From contig OZ237774.1 in the NCBI GenBank assembly GCA_965178125.1, positions 62,001 through 126,000 on the forward strand: DNA of 64,000 nucleotides. The letters run 5' to 3'. The notes below the pieces were generated by a model. That model was not told the DNA's origin. It saw only the letters and a list, made by a program, of their open reading frames with translations, and ran no database searches. Numbering within the stretch: position 1 is the first letter of the stretch; every line of letters starts with the position of its first letter. The translations under genes and the position numbers were made by a program. Of the stretch, positions 1 to 11,291 are shown piece after piece. Origin of the DNA: Bilabrum cf. latius. Taxonomy: Eukaryota.

Positions 1-1626
1 GAAGAGGAGGAGGAGGATGACCCAGCCCCCGAGGAAGCACGGCTGATTCCGGCCGCTCTCTTCCTCAGCTCACCCAGCAGTTTCAGCGACAGCGCCCTGC
101 CTGTCCCTTCGTATCCGTTGACTGTGGATGACATGAAGACGAGGTAGGGCCCCAGCAGTGACCTGACCACTGGCAGCGGGATGGCAGCGGCCTCGTCGAT
201 TGCGAGCAGCTCGCATTGGGACAGCTTCACTGCGTCTGTCGGGTGGATGTACTGCACCGTCTGCCGATGGTGCCTCGAGATGTCCACCCGCACGATGCTG
301 CTGCCCCCATCCCCTCCCCTGCCGCCCCCATGCCCCGACCCCATGCCCATGCTCGCCGCCGCCACCGCCGAGAAATCCGAGTGTTCCTCGTACCCAAGGG
401 CCCGCAGACCTCGGAATAGGAATTCGAACACCGTGCCGAGATTCTCGGGGGACGGCGCTGTGACGAATATGTTCGCATACCCGAACCCCACAGCGGAAGC
501 CAGGGCCAGACCAAGTGCCGCCGACTTGCCCCGCCCCCTGCCCGCCGTCAGCGCCACAGTGGCCCGCAGCGATTTCTCCGCCGTGGCCTCCCCGAAAGTC
601 ATGAGTGCCCTGGCCTGGTCCGCCGTCCTGGCCAGCCCGACGAGGGGACCCACCACGGGTGCATCTGCCATGGATTTCTGCACCTTTGCCAGCTCCTTGC
701 CCTCGGGCCCGCCGTCAGACTCTGCCGAGGCAGTCGGCAGCTTGCTCCCGCTCCCCTCTTGCTTCTCCTCCTCGTTGACCGCGCCCCCGGAAGCAGCGGC
801 CCCCAGTGCCCTCGCGTGCTGAGACACGGGCAGCACGTTGAGCTCGTCGTCCAGCACCAGGGCAGACCTGCACTGCGCAAGGGACAGCAGGAACCGCTCG
901 TTGAACCGGGGAACAACGTCAGTGTGCGCGGCGGTGCGGAACCTCTGGTGCGCGTCCATGGCCATGGTGAACAGCTGCCTCAGGGAACTCATCGTCCTGA
1001 GCAGCAGCACCACCAGGCCGCCACCTTCGACCGTCTCCACCGTGCGGCACAGCAGGTTGGGCGTCAGCGCCTCGAAGTCCTGCAGCACGCACACACCAAA
1101 GGTCTGTCCCAGGACCTTGTGTGTGTCCTTGTAGTAGGTCCACTTGACGTGCGTGGCAGATACGAAGAGCTCGAATGGCTCCTCCCTCTGGCTGTCCCAG
1201 GTGCCTTTGCGCTGCTGCTGCTTGATGGCCTTCATTCGCTTCTGTCGGTGGCTGCGAGGGTACGGTTGGATATATGCTTTGGAGTGATACACTTAGCACA
1301 GACGAGTTCGTTGCACTGCTAAGGAGCTGCCGTCCCACAACTCATCATGATGGTCATGTGCAACTGCAACAGCGAACACCGTGCTCTACTTGAATGAAGT
1401 TTGCGGTATCTGCAGACGCATCTCACGTGCTAAAGCCTAGTTCTTTTGAATAGCACCACAGTACGGAGGGGCGCGCTTTCACGCGAAGCTTGGATAGCAT
1501 GTGATGCAAGTTCACAACTTGATCCCTGCCGCGGTCTCCTACGATCACAAACAGGCTGCGGTGCCGGTGCTTGATCCCCTGCTCCATCAGCGTCCGCACT
1601 CGAGAGTCAACCTTTTTCTTTGGCAT
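1..1626 (-). CDS. NAT10: RNA cytidine acetyltransferase NAT10/Kre33, 5' part (continues beyond window start)
   Basis: Exon 1 (1626-1427) encodes MPKKKVDSRVRTLMEQGIKHRHRSLFVIVGDRGRDQVVNLH...VLWCYSKELGFS. A GT-AG intron spans 1426-1252. Exon 2 encodes HRQKRMKAIK...VLGQTFGVCVLQDFEALTPNLLCRTVETVEGGG...RFNERFLLSL and later ARGRGKSAALGL and IFVTAPSPENL, all typical NAT10 motifs. Confidence 0.95.
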
Positions 1627-1946
1627 AATGTCTTGGGAAAGGCTGTTGATGCTTGAACCAAGCAGTGTATTGCGGGGGACAGCGGCAGGTTCGCCACTCC
1701 AAATAGAACGTTCGGTACATCGTCTGAAATTTCGCAACCGGCAATCATTTGAAGTTCCGGCGCAATGGTGTGGCAGTACTACGATATTATGCACGAGTTA
1801 GTTTGAATGGTGAGTATTCTAGGCTCGATAGCGCTAGCTGCTCGTTTCGTTGCACCCGTAGTTGCAGTGCTTGCCAAAAAAAAATGCCAGGACGTTTCTT
1901 GGGCTAAACTCTCCAGTTCTCACTAGTGTCTGGATTTATCAAATGG

Positions 1947-3274
1947 ATGTTGGAGAAGCCAAAGATGGATCTGGTGATGATTGGACTGCCGGGATCTGGC
2001 AAAACAGTGAGTATATCCCCCGGAACAAGCGTGCAACTGCACAAGGCCTGCAGCTGCGTGGGAATCAAGCAGTAGCTCAGAAGGTACAAACTGTGGCGGC
2101 ATGCACTATCTAGTGCGGGTATTGCTCAGCCACCACTGGACCGACCTGATCCCATCCCAAGCTGAGCTCTCTCTGTCATACCCTCGCGCTCACATTCACC
2201 CTCGCGCTCACATTCACCCTCACGCTCACTCACCCTCGCCCTCGCGTTGCACTCTTCCCGCAGACCATGCTGGAGCGGGCCCGTCGGGACCTGAACGCAG
2301 CGGGGCCCCGGCGCGCCCTGGACAAGATCCACCCCACCAGGGGTGTCAACGTCGCCTCCCTCCCAGTCGGCAAATGGCACGTTACAACGAGCGACTGCGG
2401 GGGCTCCATGCCCTCCACCTGGCCCCATTACACGGCGGATGCGCACGGCCTCGTGTTCGCAGTAGACGCCAGGTGCCTGCTCCCCGGGGGAAACCCCGCC
2501 CCCACTGTGGGGGCGCTGGTCCGGTGCCTCAGGGGGAGGGAGGGGGGCATCCGGCTCGGCACCCCGGTGGCCGTGGTGGTGACACGGGCAGACGCAGCAG
2601 AGGGTGCGGGTGCAGCGCACGATGGTGCAGATGGAGCACCGGACAAGGGCAGGAAACGAGGACCCGGAGCCGGAAGCGGCACCGACGGGGGGCCCGCACT
2701 CCCTGGCAGCAAAGGAGGAGGAGGTGGGTCCTGCTCTGTGCTCGTTCACTCGGAGCCGCTGACCAAGGCCGCGGTGGAGCGGGTGCTGGTGCCTGCAGCC
2801 AGGGAGGTGGGGCTGCAGCTGCGGCTGGAGGGGGGCTTGGGACACGGCGAATCGGCGGTCGGGGGCTAGGGCGATGATGCCGGCGGTGGTGGGGGCACGA
2901 GTCCAACTGCCGTTGCTGTACCCAGGGAACACACAGGCGGCCTAGTATCAGGTGCGGGCACATCACCTGAGGCCGGCGTGCATGCCCTGGTAGAGGGGAA
3001 GGGGAAGATGAAGGGGGAGGAGCGGCTAGGAAGCGCCGAGGCCGATGGCTCCCCCACGGCGCCCACAAGGGCATTGGACCCGGAATCGGAAGCACAAGGG
3101 GTTGGGGGTCCGGTGCACCGCGGCAGGGTACTGCGGGCGCGCGTGTTTTGCTGCAGCGCACTGCGGGGGGAAGGCGAGGGGGCGAGCGCCCCCTTCCTGT
3201 GGCTGGTGGGCGCGGTGGAGGAGTCGCCCGCCGTCATGGCCAGGATCGAGGCGGCTGCCAAGGACGGAGTGTGA
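1947..3274 (+). CDS. ARF/ARL-family small GTPase-like protein with long low-complexity inserts (1 in-frame TAG)
   Basis: Exon 1 (1947-2006) encodes MLEKPKMDLVMIGLPGSGKT (P-loop). Intron 2007-2263. Exon 2 has PTRGVNV, DCGG, WPHY and GLVFAVDA. After TAG 2867-2869 the same frame reaches the ARF C-terminal motif RVFCCSALRGEG..FLWL and TGA at 3272-3274. The start is uncertain. Confidence 0.8.
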
Positions 3275-3518
3275 GGAACTATTGGAAACGAATACTCGCG
3301 TATGTACCATAGCAGACCACCGTATGTGCGGGAATAGATCTAGGGGTGAGTGGGTGCACCGAGATGCAGTGCGCGCCCTCCGTCTGGTCAGGTTCGGGCC
3401 AGACTACCATTGTTTAAGACCTAGATTCACTGTACAACCGAATGAGGCTGGATTAAACGATCGTATTGCAGAATAATTAAATCAACACATCATTCTCACG
3501 GCAGGTTGGGAATCTGGC

Positions 3519-5309
3519 ATGCGACGGCTGATCGCTGTGGGGTTGCTTTCGCCATCCATCCTATCCTTGGTCAGCTCGCTGGGGACTCAGCCCCAGCACA
3601 TATTCGACACATGCGATAAGACGGTATGTTCACCTCTCGTTGAATCAAGCGCGCTGATGGGAGCCAAGGTATCGTTCAATCTGGCGGGGCCGTGCTCGCA
3701 TGGCAAGGACCCTTCCGGCCGGGAAATTGCTCGGTTGGGCTACAGAGACGAGGAAGGCGCCCTGCAATATGCAGAGATGACATTTACGGCGAATCCATGC
3801 GGTGCATCGGACCAGTGCCGCCCGCTGCCGGCCTCCCCTGAGGCTTAGAGCATGGGACAGGTGCAGTCGGACGACCGTTTCGCCCTGCAGGGCCCCATGC
3901 AGGTGTTTTCATACGGACCAGAGGCACAGCCCGCCTGCAACACAACGCATCCTGCGTGCACGGACGCAGTGACGGGCCGGCCGGCGTGCTGCACGGCCGC
4001 CTGCGGCCCCCTGGCCCCCTTTGGGGGTGTCCCCAACTGGGGGACCATGTCGGGGGCAGCCGACTGGGCCACCGTGGACCGCCTAGGGGTGGGCGCCACG
4101 TTTCAGCCGGTCGCAGCCGTTCCCCCGCCACTAAAGGGAGTGTGCGGGCCAGGCGCACGGGGCGTTGCGTCTCGGCTGTGCGTGAGGTGCGAGCGACCTG
4201 ACGACCCGGCAGGTGGCTCTGGTGGCGTGCAGTCGGGGATCGGGCTTGACGGCGTCGTGGCCATTCCGCCGGGGCTTGATTCCAGGAGCGGGGAGGAGCC
4301 GCCTGCGTGGGGCAGTCCTTCCTTTTTGGCCTCATTTTCATCTTCATCTTCATCTTCGTCCTCCACAACCGGCGCACACGGGAGCTTGCTGCTTCGCACG
4401 TGCCCCCCTCCCCCCGCCGAGGATGGCATCTGCAGAGTGGTTGTCGTTGGACGGTCCCCCGGCGGGTGCGGGTCGATCGTGCTGTCCGCCGTATGGATGC
4501 TGCTGGCCGCCGCCCTCGGCTTGCTCACTCTCTTCTGCTGCTGCGGGCTAGCCGTTGAGCTCTCATGGAGTGGGAGGCTGCTGCTGCCAGGGGAGGAGTG
4601 CTTGCAGGACACGTGCCTCTGGGGCAACCGCCGGTGCATGCACTGCTGCATGGCACTGCAGCACAGGTGCCAGGGTCGATGCCGGGAGGCCTTCGGTCCA
4701 GGGGTGGATTGCTGCAGGAGGAGCGGGCCCTGCAGCTGGGCCCGGAGCAGCGCCGCGTGCATCACCAGCTACATGTGCAGGTGTGGGCCCAGGGAGCAGA
4801 GTCTGGCCGAGGGAAGGTGCCGCCGCAACTGCTGCTGCTGCATCCGGAGCCTGCCCTCGCCGCACACCATGCCGGGCTGGGCGGGGTTTTGCTGCGGTGT
4901 GACGAGTGCGGGCGCTGACAGCGAACGGCAGCGGCTGCTCAAGGGGACGGCGCAGGGGTATGGGGGGGGGGGTGCATCGCACGGTGGTACGCACCGGCGG
5001 AGGGGCCACGGCAAGAGCAAGGCAGGTGCAAGAGGCGACCAGGCCCGTTTGAAAGCAAAGGCGAAATCGACTCGGAGGGGGAAAGTCGGGGCTCGGGATC
5101 GGGGCCGGGCGGAAGGGTGGGAGGGACGGGACGATGGGGAGATGGGGGTCGGGCTGGTGGCCCGAGAACCGGGTCATGGGCGAGTGCGGGGCCGGGGGTC
5201 TGCAGCGGACGCCGACCGCGATAGCAAGCGAGCTGCCGGGTATGACGACAGTGGGGGTGCTGCTGCCGCTGCTGCTGCTGATGCCGCGCTCAGTGCGGCT
5301 TTTGGGTGA
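3519..5309 (+). CDS. Putative single-pass membrane protein with signal peptide and Cys-rich extracellular and juxtamembrane regions, about 596 aa (1 in-frame TAG)
   Basis: ORFs 3519-3848 and 3852-5309 share a frame and are separated only by TAG 3846-3848 plus one codon. It has a hydrophobic N-terminus (MRRLIAVGLLSPSILSLVSS), a TM-like segment (IVLSAVWMLLAAALGLLTLFCCCGLAV) and ends at TGA. Confidence 0.7.
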
Positions 5310-5587
5310 TGCAGATGTGACGAGTACGACCCAGTAGCCTCGGCTTTGTTTCAGACATGCCTCCCAATTACAGAGACACCAGCCGTTGATTGGTCACGCA
5401 TTCATACACGCAGTTCGATCCCTGTCGCGCTCGTGTGTTGAGCACGTTGAACGGCTCAACCGCAACCATGTTATAGCACCAGGCCTAGATCTAGCCTTAT
5501 AACCCGCATGGCCAATCTTCACCACCAAGCGGAGCATGATGCTGGCAAGCCCATGGATCTGGATACAGGACTCCTCAGGCATGCTCT

Positions 5588-6347
5588 TTAGTTCCCCTTC
5601 TTCGTCCCCTTATCCGACTTGAATGCCTCGAGGTCCTTCTTCACCTCCTTCTCCACCTCGTCGTGGAATCCTCGCATGAACCCGCACAGCATGAGGAACT
5701 CCATCAGCACGAACAGGGGGGCCATGAAGATGCTCTAGGGCAGGTTGTCCAGAAGGGCGGGGGCGCGGCCCTCGTGGACGAAGTGCCCGTAGAACTGGGC
5801 CACCCACGTGAAGCCGTGCACGGCCCATAGAGTGCCGTAGATGGACCAGCCGTACTCGGCTGCGACCATTTCGGCGGTGAGAAGACCGGCGCCCAGCAGC
5901 GGAAAGGCGAGCATGCCCAGCGGGATGTCCATGAACAGGTAAAACAGCGCGTAGCACGTGGCAAAGATGAAGGACACGTGTCCGAAGGAGAAGAACGGAA
6001 GTACTTTCTCCGCACTGGCCTGCAGACTAGCCACCGCGGGCACGTGCTCTGCGATGAGCTCCCTCGGAACCTCGTGGTAGCTGAAGATGCAGAAAGCTGT
6101 CCACAGGAGGATCGGTACGCAAACCAAATGAATCAGCTTGTTACTGCATTACTCGAATGAAATCAGCGACCGGATGGCAAGACAATTCAACGCAGCTGCG
6201 CACGTTGGAATATCCAGTTGCTGTTTACACGCCCCATCACGATCGGGTCAAGTGATCTACGGCTGCACCGACTCACACAAATTCACTGTGGTAACCGGCG
6301 TAGAAACGAAAGTTTCGAAACAGAAATGTGTCCTTTGCAGACCCCAT
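5588..6347 (-). CDS. MPO1: Mpo1/DUF962-family ER membrane protein (2-hydroxy fatty acid dioxygenase-like); 1 in-frame TAG, TAA stop
   Basis: Exon 1 (6347-6277) encodes MGSAKDTFLFRNFRFYAGYHSEFV. Intron 6276-6144. Exon 2 encodes NKLIHLVCVP...WVAQFYGHFVHEGRAPALLDNLP[TAG 5735-5737]SIFMAPLFVLME...KGTKKGN and stops at TAA 5588-5590, leaving a KKXX ER-retrieval terminus. Confidence 0.9.
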
Positions 6348-6485
6348 GACTCCTCAACTGCTTGCAGTATCCAAAGCCTAGCCTCTTTTCGTCTCATAAC
6401 CTTTACCTTACAAAGGAAGTCTGTATTACGCAACCAGAACGGCAACCGTGCATGGATACCACACAACACAATTCAAATCGATAGC

Positions 6486-7844
6486 ATGGCAGCCTTGAAA
6501 AAAGTGTCTGGTGTTTTTATCGTAGCGGTGAGTTGTTCCTAGAATGGCCAGTGTTTCTGGAATTAGCTCGCATGTCCCGGCGAATAGTATCGCCAGCATC
6601 CGTCACCCAGCTGAGCAACGCAAGTGATGGCATTCATATCACCAATTGCCTCACTATTCTATTGGCAGGCGCGGCGTACGGCCTTTGGTACGTTTGGCGG
6701 AGCTCTGAAAAACTTTACAGCAACCGATTTGGGCCAGTTTGCCTCCGAGGCGGCCATCAAGGACGCCGGCGTGGACCCCAAGCGGATCGATGCGAGCATC
6801 TTCGGCAGCGTGGCGCAGACCAGCACCGACGCTCCCTATTTGGCAAGGCATGTGGGCCTGCGGGCCGGCATGGACGTATCCTCCACCGCGCTGACGTTGA
6901 ACCGGCTGTGCGGCAGCGGGTTCCAATCAGTCATCACTGCAGCCGAGCAGATCCTGCTGGGGGAGTCCAGCGTGGTGCTGGCGGGCGGCAGCGAGAGCAT
7001 GTCCCAGGCGCCCCTGTCCGTGTACGGGCAACACGCCAGGTTCGGCCACCGCCTGGGGGCTGACCTGCAGCTGCAGGACACTCTCTGGAGCGCGCTGACG
7101 GACGCGCACGCCCAGGTGCCAATGGGCATCACCGCCGAGAACCTTGCGACCAAGTACGGCATCACCAGGGAACAAGCGGACGAGTACGGGTACCGCTCCC
7201 AGCAGGCGTGGGCCGCTGCACAGGAGGCCGGCGTCTTCTCCTCCGAGATCGCCCCCCTGGACCTGGGCAAGAAGAAGGGCCAGTTTGCAGTGGACGAGCA
7301 CCCTAGGCCGCAGACATCGCTGGAGAAGATGGGCCAGCTCAGGCCGGTCTTCAAGAAGGACGGGACCGTGACAGCGGCGAACGCATCTGGCATCGGTGAC
7401 GGGGCCGCTGCCCTCGTGGTCGCATCCGAAGAGGCCTTGGGCCCCGGCGGTGCCTTGGAAGGTGCCACCCCCCTGGTGCGGGTGGTGGGCTGGGGGGTAT
7501 CCGGCGTGGAGCCCACGGAGATGGGCATCGGGCCGTGCCCCGCCGTGCGCACCGCACTGCATCGCACGGGTCACTCTCTCGAGGACGCGGACGTGGTCGA
7601 GGTGAACGAGGCCTTCGCCTCCCAGTACCTAGCCGTTGAGAAGGAGCTGGGGCTAGACCGGAACAAGACGAACCGACACGGGGGTGCGATCGCCCTCGCG
7701 CACCCACTGGGCGCCTCGGGTGCTCGCATCCTGACTCACCTGACGCACCAGCTGTCCCAGGAGGGGGGGTCGGACAAGGTGGGCATCGGGGCCGCGTGCA
7801 TCGGGGGCGGGCAGGGCATCGCTGTGGTGCTGGAGCGGGTGTGA
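6486..7844 (+). CDS. 3-ketoacyl-CoA thiolase (ACAA2-like)
   Basis: Exon 1 is 6486-6527 and the intron is 6528-6668. Motifs are [55 protein letters not shown] and [10 protein letters not shown]. It ends at TGA and has no TAG. Confidence 0.95.
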
Positions 7845-8018
7845 GTGGAGAGGGGGCACTGTACTGCAGTGCACTGCAGTGTCGGGTGGGTTGATTGCAT
7901 GCATGCATAGGAAAGGAAGGATACTTGCAACGTTTTGATGGTGGCCGTACGGTTCCCGATTAGCCGATCCGGAGCCGCAGCGGCTAGATCTAGCCTAGAG
8001 CAATCACATGCCCTAAGC

Positions 8019-9462
8019 ATGGCAATGAAACAGATAGCCGGAGGGACACCAGATTCCTTACGCTTAGCGCTGGAGGACGGCGCTGATCCAAATCGCGTCT
8101 TGCCTGTGAGAGCCCACGCCAACTTGCTCTCAGACACCGAGTCTGTCGGTTGGTAGCATGGACGATACGCTAGCTGCAATGACTGAAGAAGCGACCAATC
8201 ACGTGTATACCTTTAGTTTCTACAACAGGGTGGAATGACTCCAGCCCATTGGTGTGTGGCCCTCGAGAGGCCCGATATGCTTGCTGTTCTTGCTGAATCA
8301 CATGGCGTGAATCTAGAGGCACGGGAGAGTGCGAGGCAACGAAGTACGGGCTTTGCACATCGAAACGAACCAATTGTATCCTTGTACGCCAGCTTGGATC
8401 AACGTTCCGGGCCAATGCAGAACGGTTCAACGCCGTTGCATGCGGCTGCTTACAAGAACGCCATCGATTGCGTGAGCGTATTGATCCAGAGCAATGCAGA
8501 CATCAACGCAAAAGACAATGTGAGGGACATGATATCACCTGTAAGTTGTTCCGATCCATCGAAACTGGATGCATGGCTCGATGCAGAGCGGGGAGTCCCC
8601 TCATGCTGCGGCGGCTCTGCGTTTGGGTCGGTTCCACCAACCGCAGGACAGGCGCACGCCCCTGCACTGGGCGGCCCGGACAGGCCACTTTGAATCTGTT
8701 GGCACGCTGCTGAAGGCGGGAGCAGATGCAAACGCTGCGGATAATGTGAGGATTTGGTAGAAGCTGTCGTACAGTGCAGTGCAGTTGGCCAGAACACTCT
8801 GCGATGAGCGGAATTCAACATGATCGATATGCGACTGTGTCATGCTATGCTCTCTACACTGCACCGCACTGCACCGCACTGCACCGCAGGCAGGGAACAC
8901 GCCGCTCCACCTGGCAGGTGTGGCGGGCTCTGTTGAATCCGCCGGTCTGCTCCTGCGGGCTGGGGCCTACAGGCGAGCAGTGAACAATGTAAGACCAAGA
9001 ACCTCAGGATAAACAGGCAGGGTGTCGGCCGAAACGATCGGGGTATCCCTCCATGCGACTTGTTTCCCCGCCCCCCTCTATCCCAGCCCCCATTTCTTCG
9101 CATCTATCTCGTAGGCTCGCGAGACCGCTGTATCTGCTGGAGAGCTGAATCAAGCGCGGAAATTGATCCGATCATACATTGATCCGATCCCCCTCAGGCT
9201 GCTCCTCTGGAGACGGGCCCATGAGGCGCACAGGGACGCGGGCATGGTGTTCAGGGCGGCTGCAGAGGGCAGGCCCATGGAGCTGGCCAGGAGGCTGAGG
9301 CTGGGCAAGCTGGCCGGCGGGCTGGAGATGGAGGGCGAGGTGGAGGACGGGGCTGGTGGCATTAAGATGGTGGGTCCGCTAGAGGCAGCTAGATTGGGGG
9401 GGCATGGCGAATGCGTTAAAACTCTCGAAAGTGGGGAAGAGGTCGAGCCAAATATTCCGTAA
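8019..9462 (+). CDS. Ankyrin-repeat protein with the shared C-terminal 'RAAAEGRPxELARRLRLG' module (copy 1)
   Basis: Exons are 8019-8105, 8229-8330, 8421-8519, 8647-8745, 8890-8988 and 9115-9462. Internal exons each encode one ANK repeat (TPAHWC, TPLHAAA, TPLHWAA, TPLHLA). The stop is TAA 9460-9462. Confidence 0.8.
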
Positions 9463-9630
9463 AACCGGAACTCTGTCCCGGCAAAACTGTGTCAAACAGT
9501 TGCTTGAAAATGTAAGTTGCATCGTGATATTTTGGATATTTGTTCCAGCGTGTGATTTATGTTACTTTAATGTCTGCTGTGCATCAACAGGTTTGCATCG
9601 CGCCGTGGACTTCTGCTCAGGTCGGCAATA

Positions 9631-11291
9631 ATGCAAGCTGTTGCAAGAAACGATGTGGACAAGCTTCGGGCGGCACTGCAAGCAGGAGGACCTGTGGATC
9701 GTGTTTTTGGAGTGAGCTCAGTCCACTATGCATCCTTTTAAGGATAGTAGCGAACGAAGTTTTCGAGTATGACTTCAACTTCCATATTCGCAGCGTGGCT
9801 CCACTCCATTGACTTGGGCCGCACTATACGGTCGTGTACAATGCTTGGATCTACTTGTTGAATTCGGTGCGGATCTTGAGCATAAAATGGCCGTGAGCAC
9901 GGCTTCCTTTGCAATTATGTATTGGATCTTACTCGATGCTGCCCTGCGCACCAGTTGCGAGTAATCCCAGTGAGTCATTGCATCAGTTGTATTACGCGTT
10001 CCAATTCCTTCCAAAAGTGAGTCGCGTGCAGTTTGGTTGGACCGCCCTGATGAGTGCCAGCAGCAACGGGCAGACGGCTGCCGTCCAGCGCCTGCTGGAT
10101 GCAGGTGCTGACGTTGGAACGACAGACGAGGTGAGGGCGAATCGCTTCTAGTATTCAATTGCTATGCTGGAAATGCATTTCTGAAATCAGCTGCGTCCGA
10201 TCGCTGCTCGCTTCCTCCCTCACTTCCCAGTACGGGTACACCCCGCTTCACACCGCCAGCCAGTCCCACCAGGATGGCCACCTGCAGTGCATGGAGGTGC
10301 TGATTCGCGCTGGCGCAGATGTGAACGCGCAGTCATCAGTGAGGTTTGCAATCGCTCTATACCGCTCGGCATACCGCCACTGCTGCCATCCTGGGGGTGT
10401 GAATGGTTGGGTTTGTGGGAGTGAATGCGCGCGGGCAGCTTGAAGCCATGTATCGCATCTGCGGCAGCTGTCACCGCTGCAACTATACGGCAGCGTGTGG
10501 CATTCCTCTGCTATGAATTCTAGTAGTTGTGTAGCTTTGCTTTGCTGCCGCAGGGGCTTGAGACCCCTCTGATGTGCGCCGCCGATGAAAGCATGCTGGA
10601 GGCATGCTCTCTGCTGCTGGGTGCAGGAGCCGACAGGTCTATTCAAGACGACGTGAGCGAATTGCAGAGTGCGTGATATTGATCGATTAAATGTGAATTT
10701 CCAGTGAAAGCGCAGATAGACCGCGCCGCCCTCCGACTCGTCTCTCATTTCAGCTGCCCAAGACGCTGCCTGCGCCGATCCACGATCCAAAAAGGATGAC
10801 ATCCCGACCTTCTACCGGTGCCAGCCATGCCGTGACTCCTAGCACCCGTCCATGACTCATAGCAACCGTCCATGACTCATAGCACCCGTCCATGACTCCT
10901 AGCACCCGTCCATGACTCCTAGCACCCGTCCATGACTCATACCAATCATCCGGACCCGCAGGAAGGGAAGACGCCAGCGCAACGAGCCTTGGATGAGAAT
11001 CGCACGACGTGTGCCGAGCTGATCCGATCGTACATTGATCCAATCCCCCTCAGGCTGCTGCTCTGGAAGCGGGCCCATGAGGCGCACAGGGACGCGGGCA
11101 TGGTGTTCAGGGCGGCTGCAGAGGGCAGGCCCATGGAGCTGGCCAGGAGGCTGAGGCTGGGCAAGCTGGCCGGCGGGCTGGAGATGAGGGGCGAGGTGGA
11201 GGACGGGGCGGGCGGGACTAAGGTGGTGGGTCCGCTGGAGGCGGCTCGATTGGGCGAGCATGGCGAGTGCGTTGAGCTGCTTGAAAGCTGA
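9631..11291 (+). CDS. Ankyrin-repeat protein with the shared C-terminal module (copy 2)
   Basis: Exons are 9631-9711, 9794-9892, 10032-10130, 10231-10338, 10554-10652 and 10962-11291, all phase 0 with GT-AG borders. ANK motifs are TPLTWAA, TALMSAS, TPLHTAS and TPLMCAA. It ends at TGA; the start is uncertain. Confidence 0.8.
10831..10940 (+). repeat. Intronic 20-bp minisatellite (CATGACTC[A/C]TAGCACCCGTC), about 5.5 copies
   Basis: The tandem copies are directly visible. The duplicated intron carries about 3 copies at roughly 14615-14675. Confidence 0.9.

Noticed and set aside
1884-1946. Upstream ATG 1884 in frame with the ARF-like gene across TAA 1905-1907, hinting that TAA is also Gln
   Set aside because: This is a single case in non-conserved sequence, and ATG 1947 is an adequate start. 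Mpo1 KKGN-TAA and the lack of internal TAA elsewhere argue against it. It remains the one observation that could challenge UAA/UAG decoupling.
10831-10940. CRISPR-like array
   Set aside because: These are contiguous 20-bp tandem units without spacers, inside a spliceosomal intron, with no cas genes nearby.
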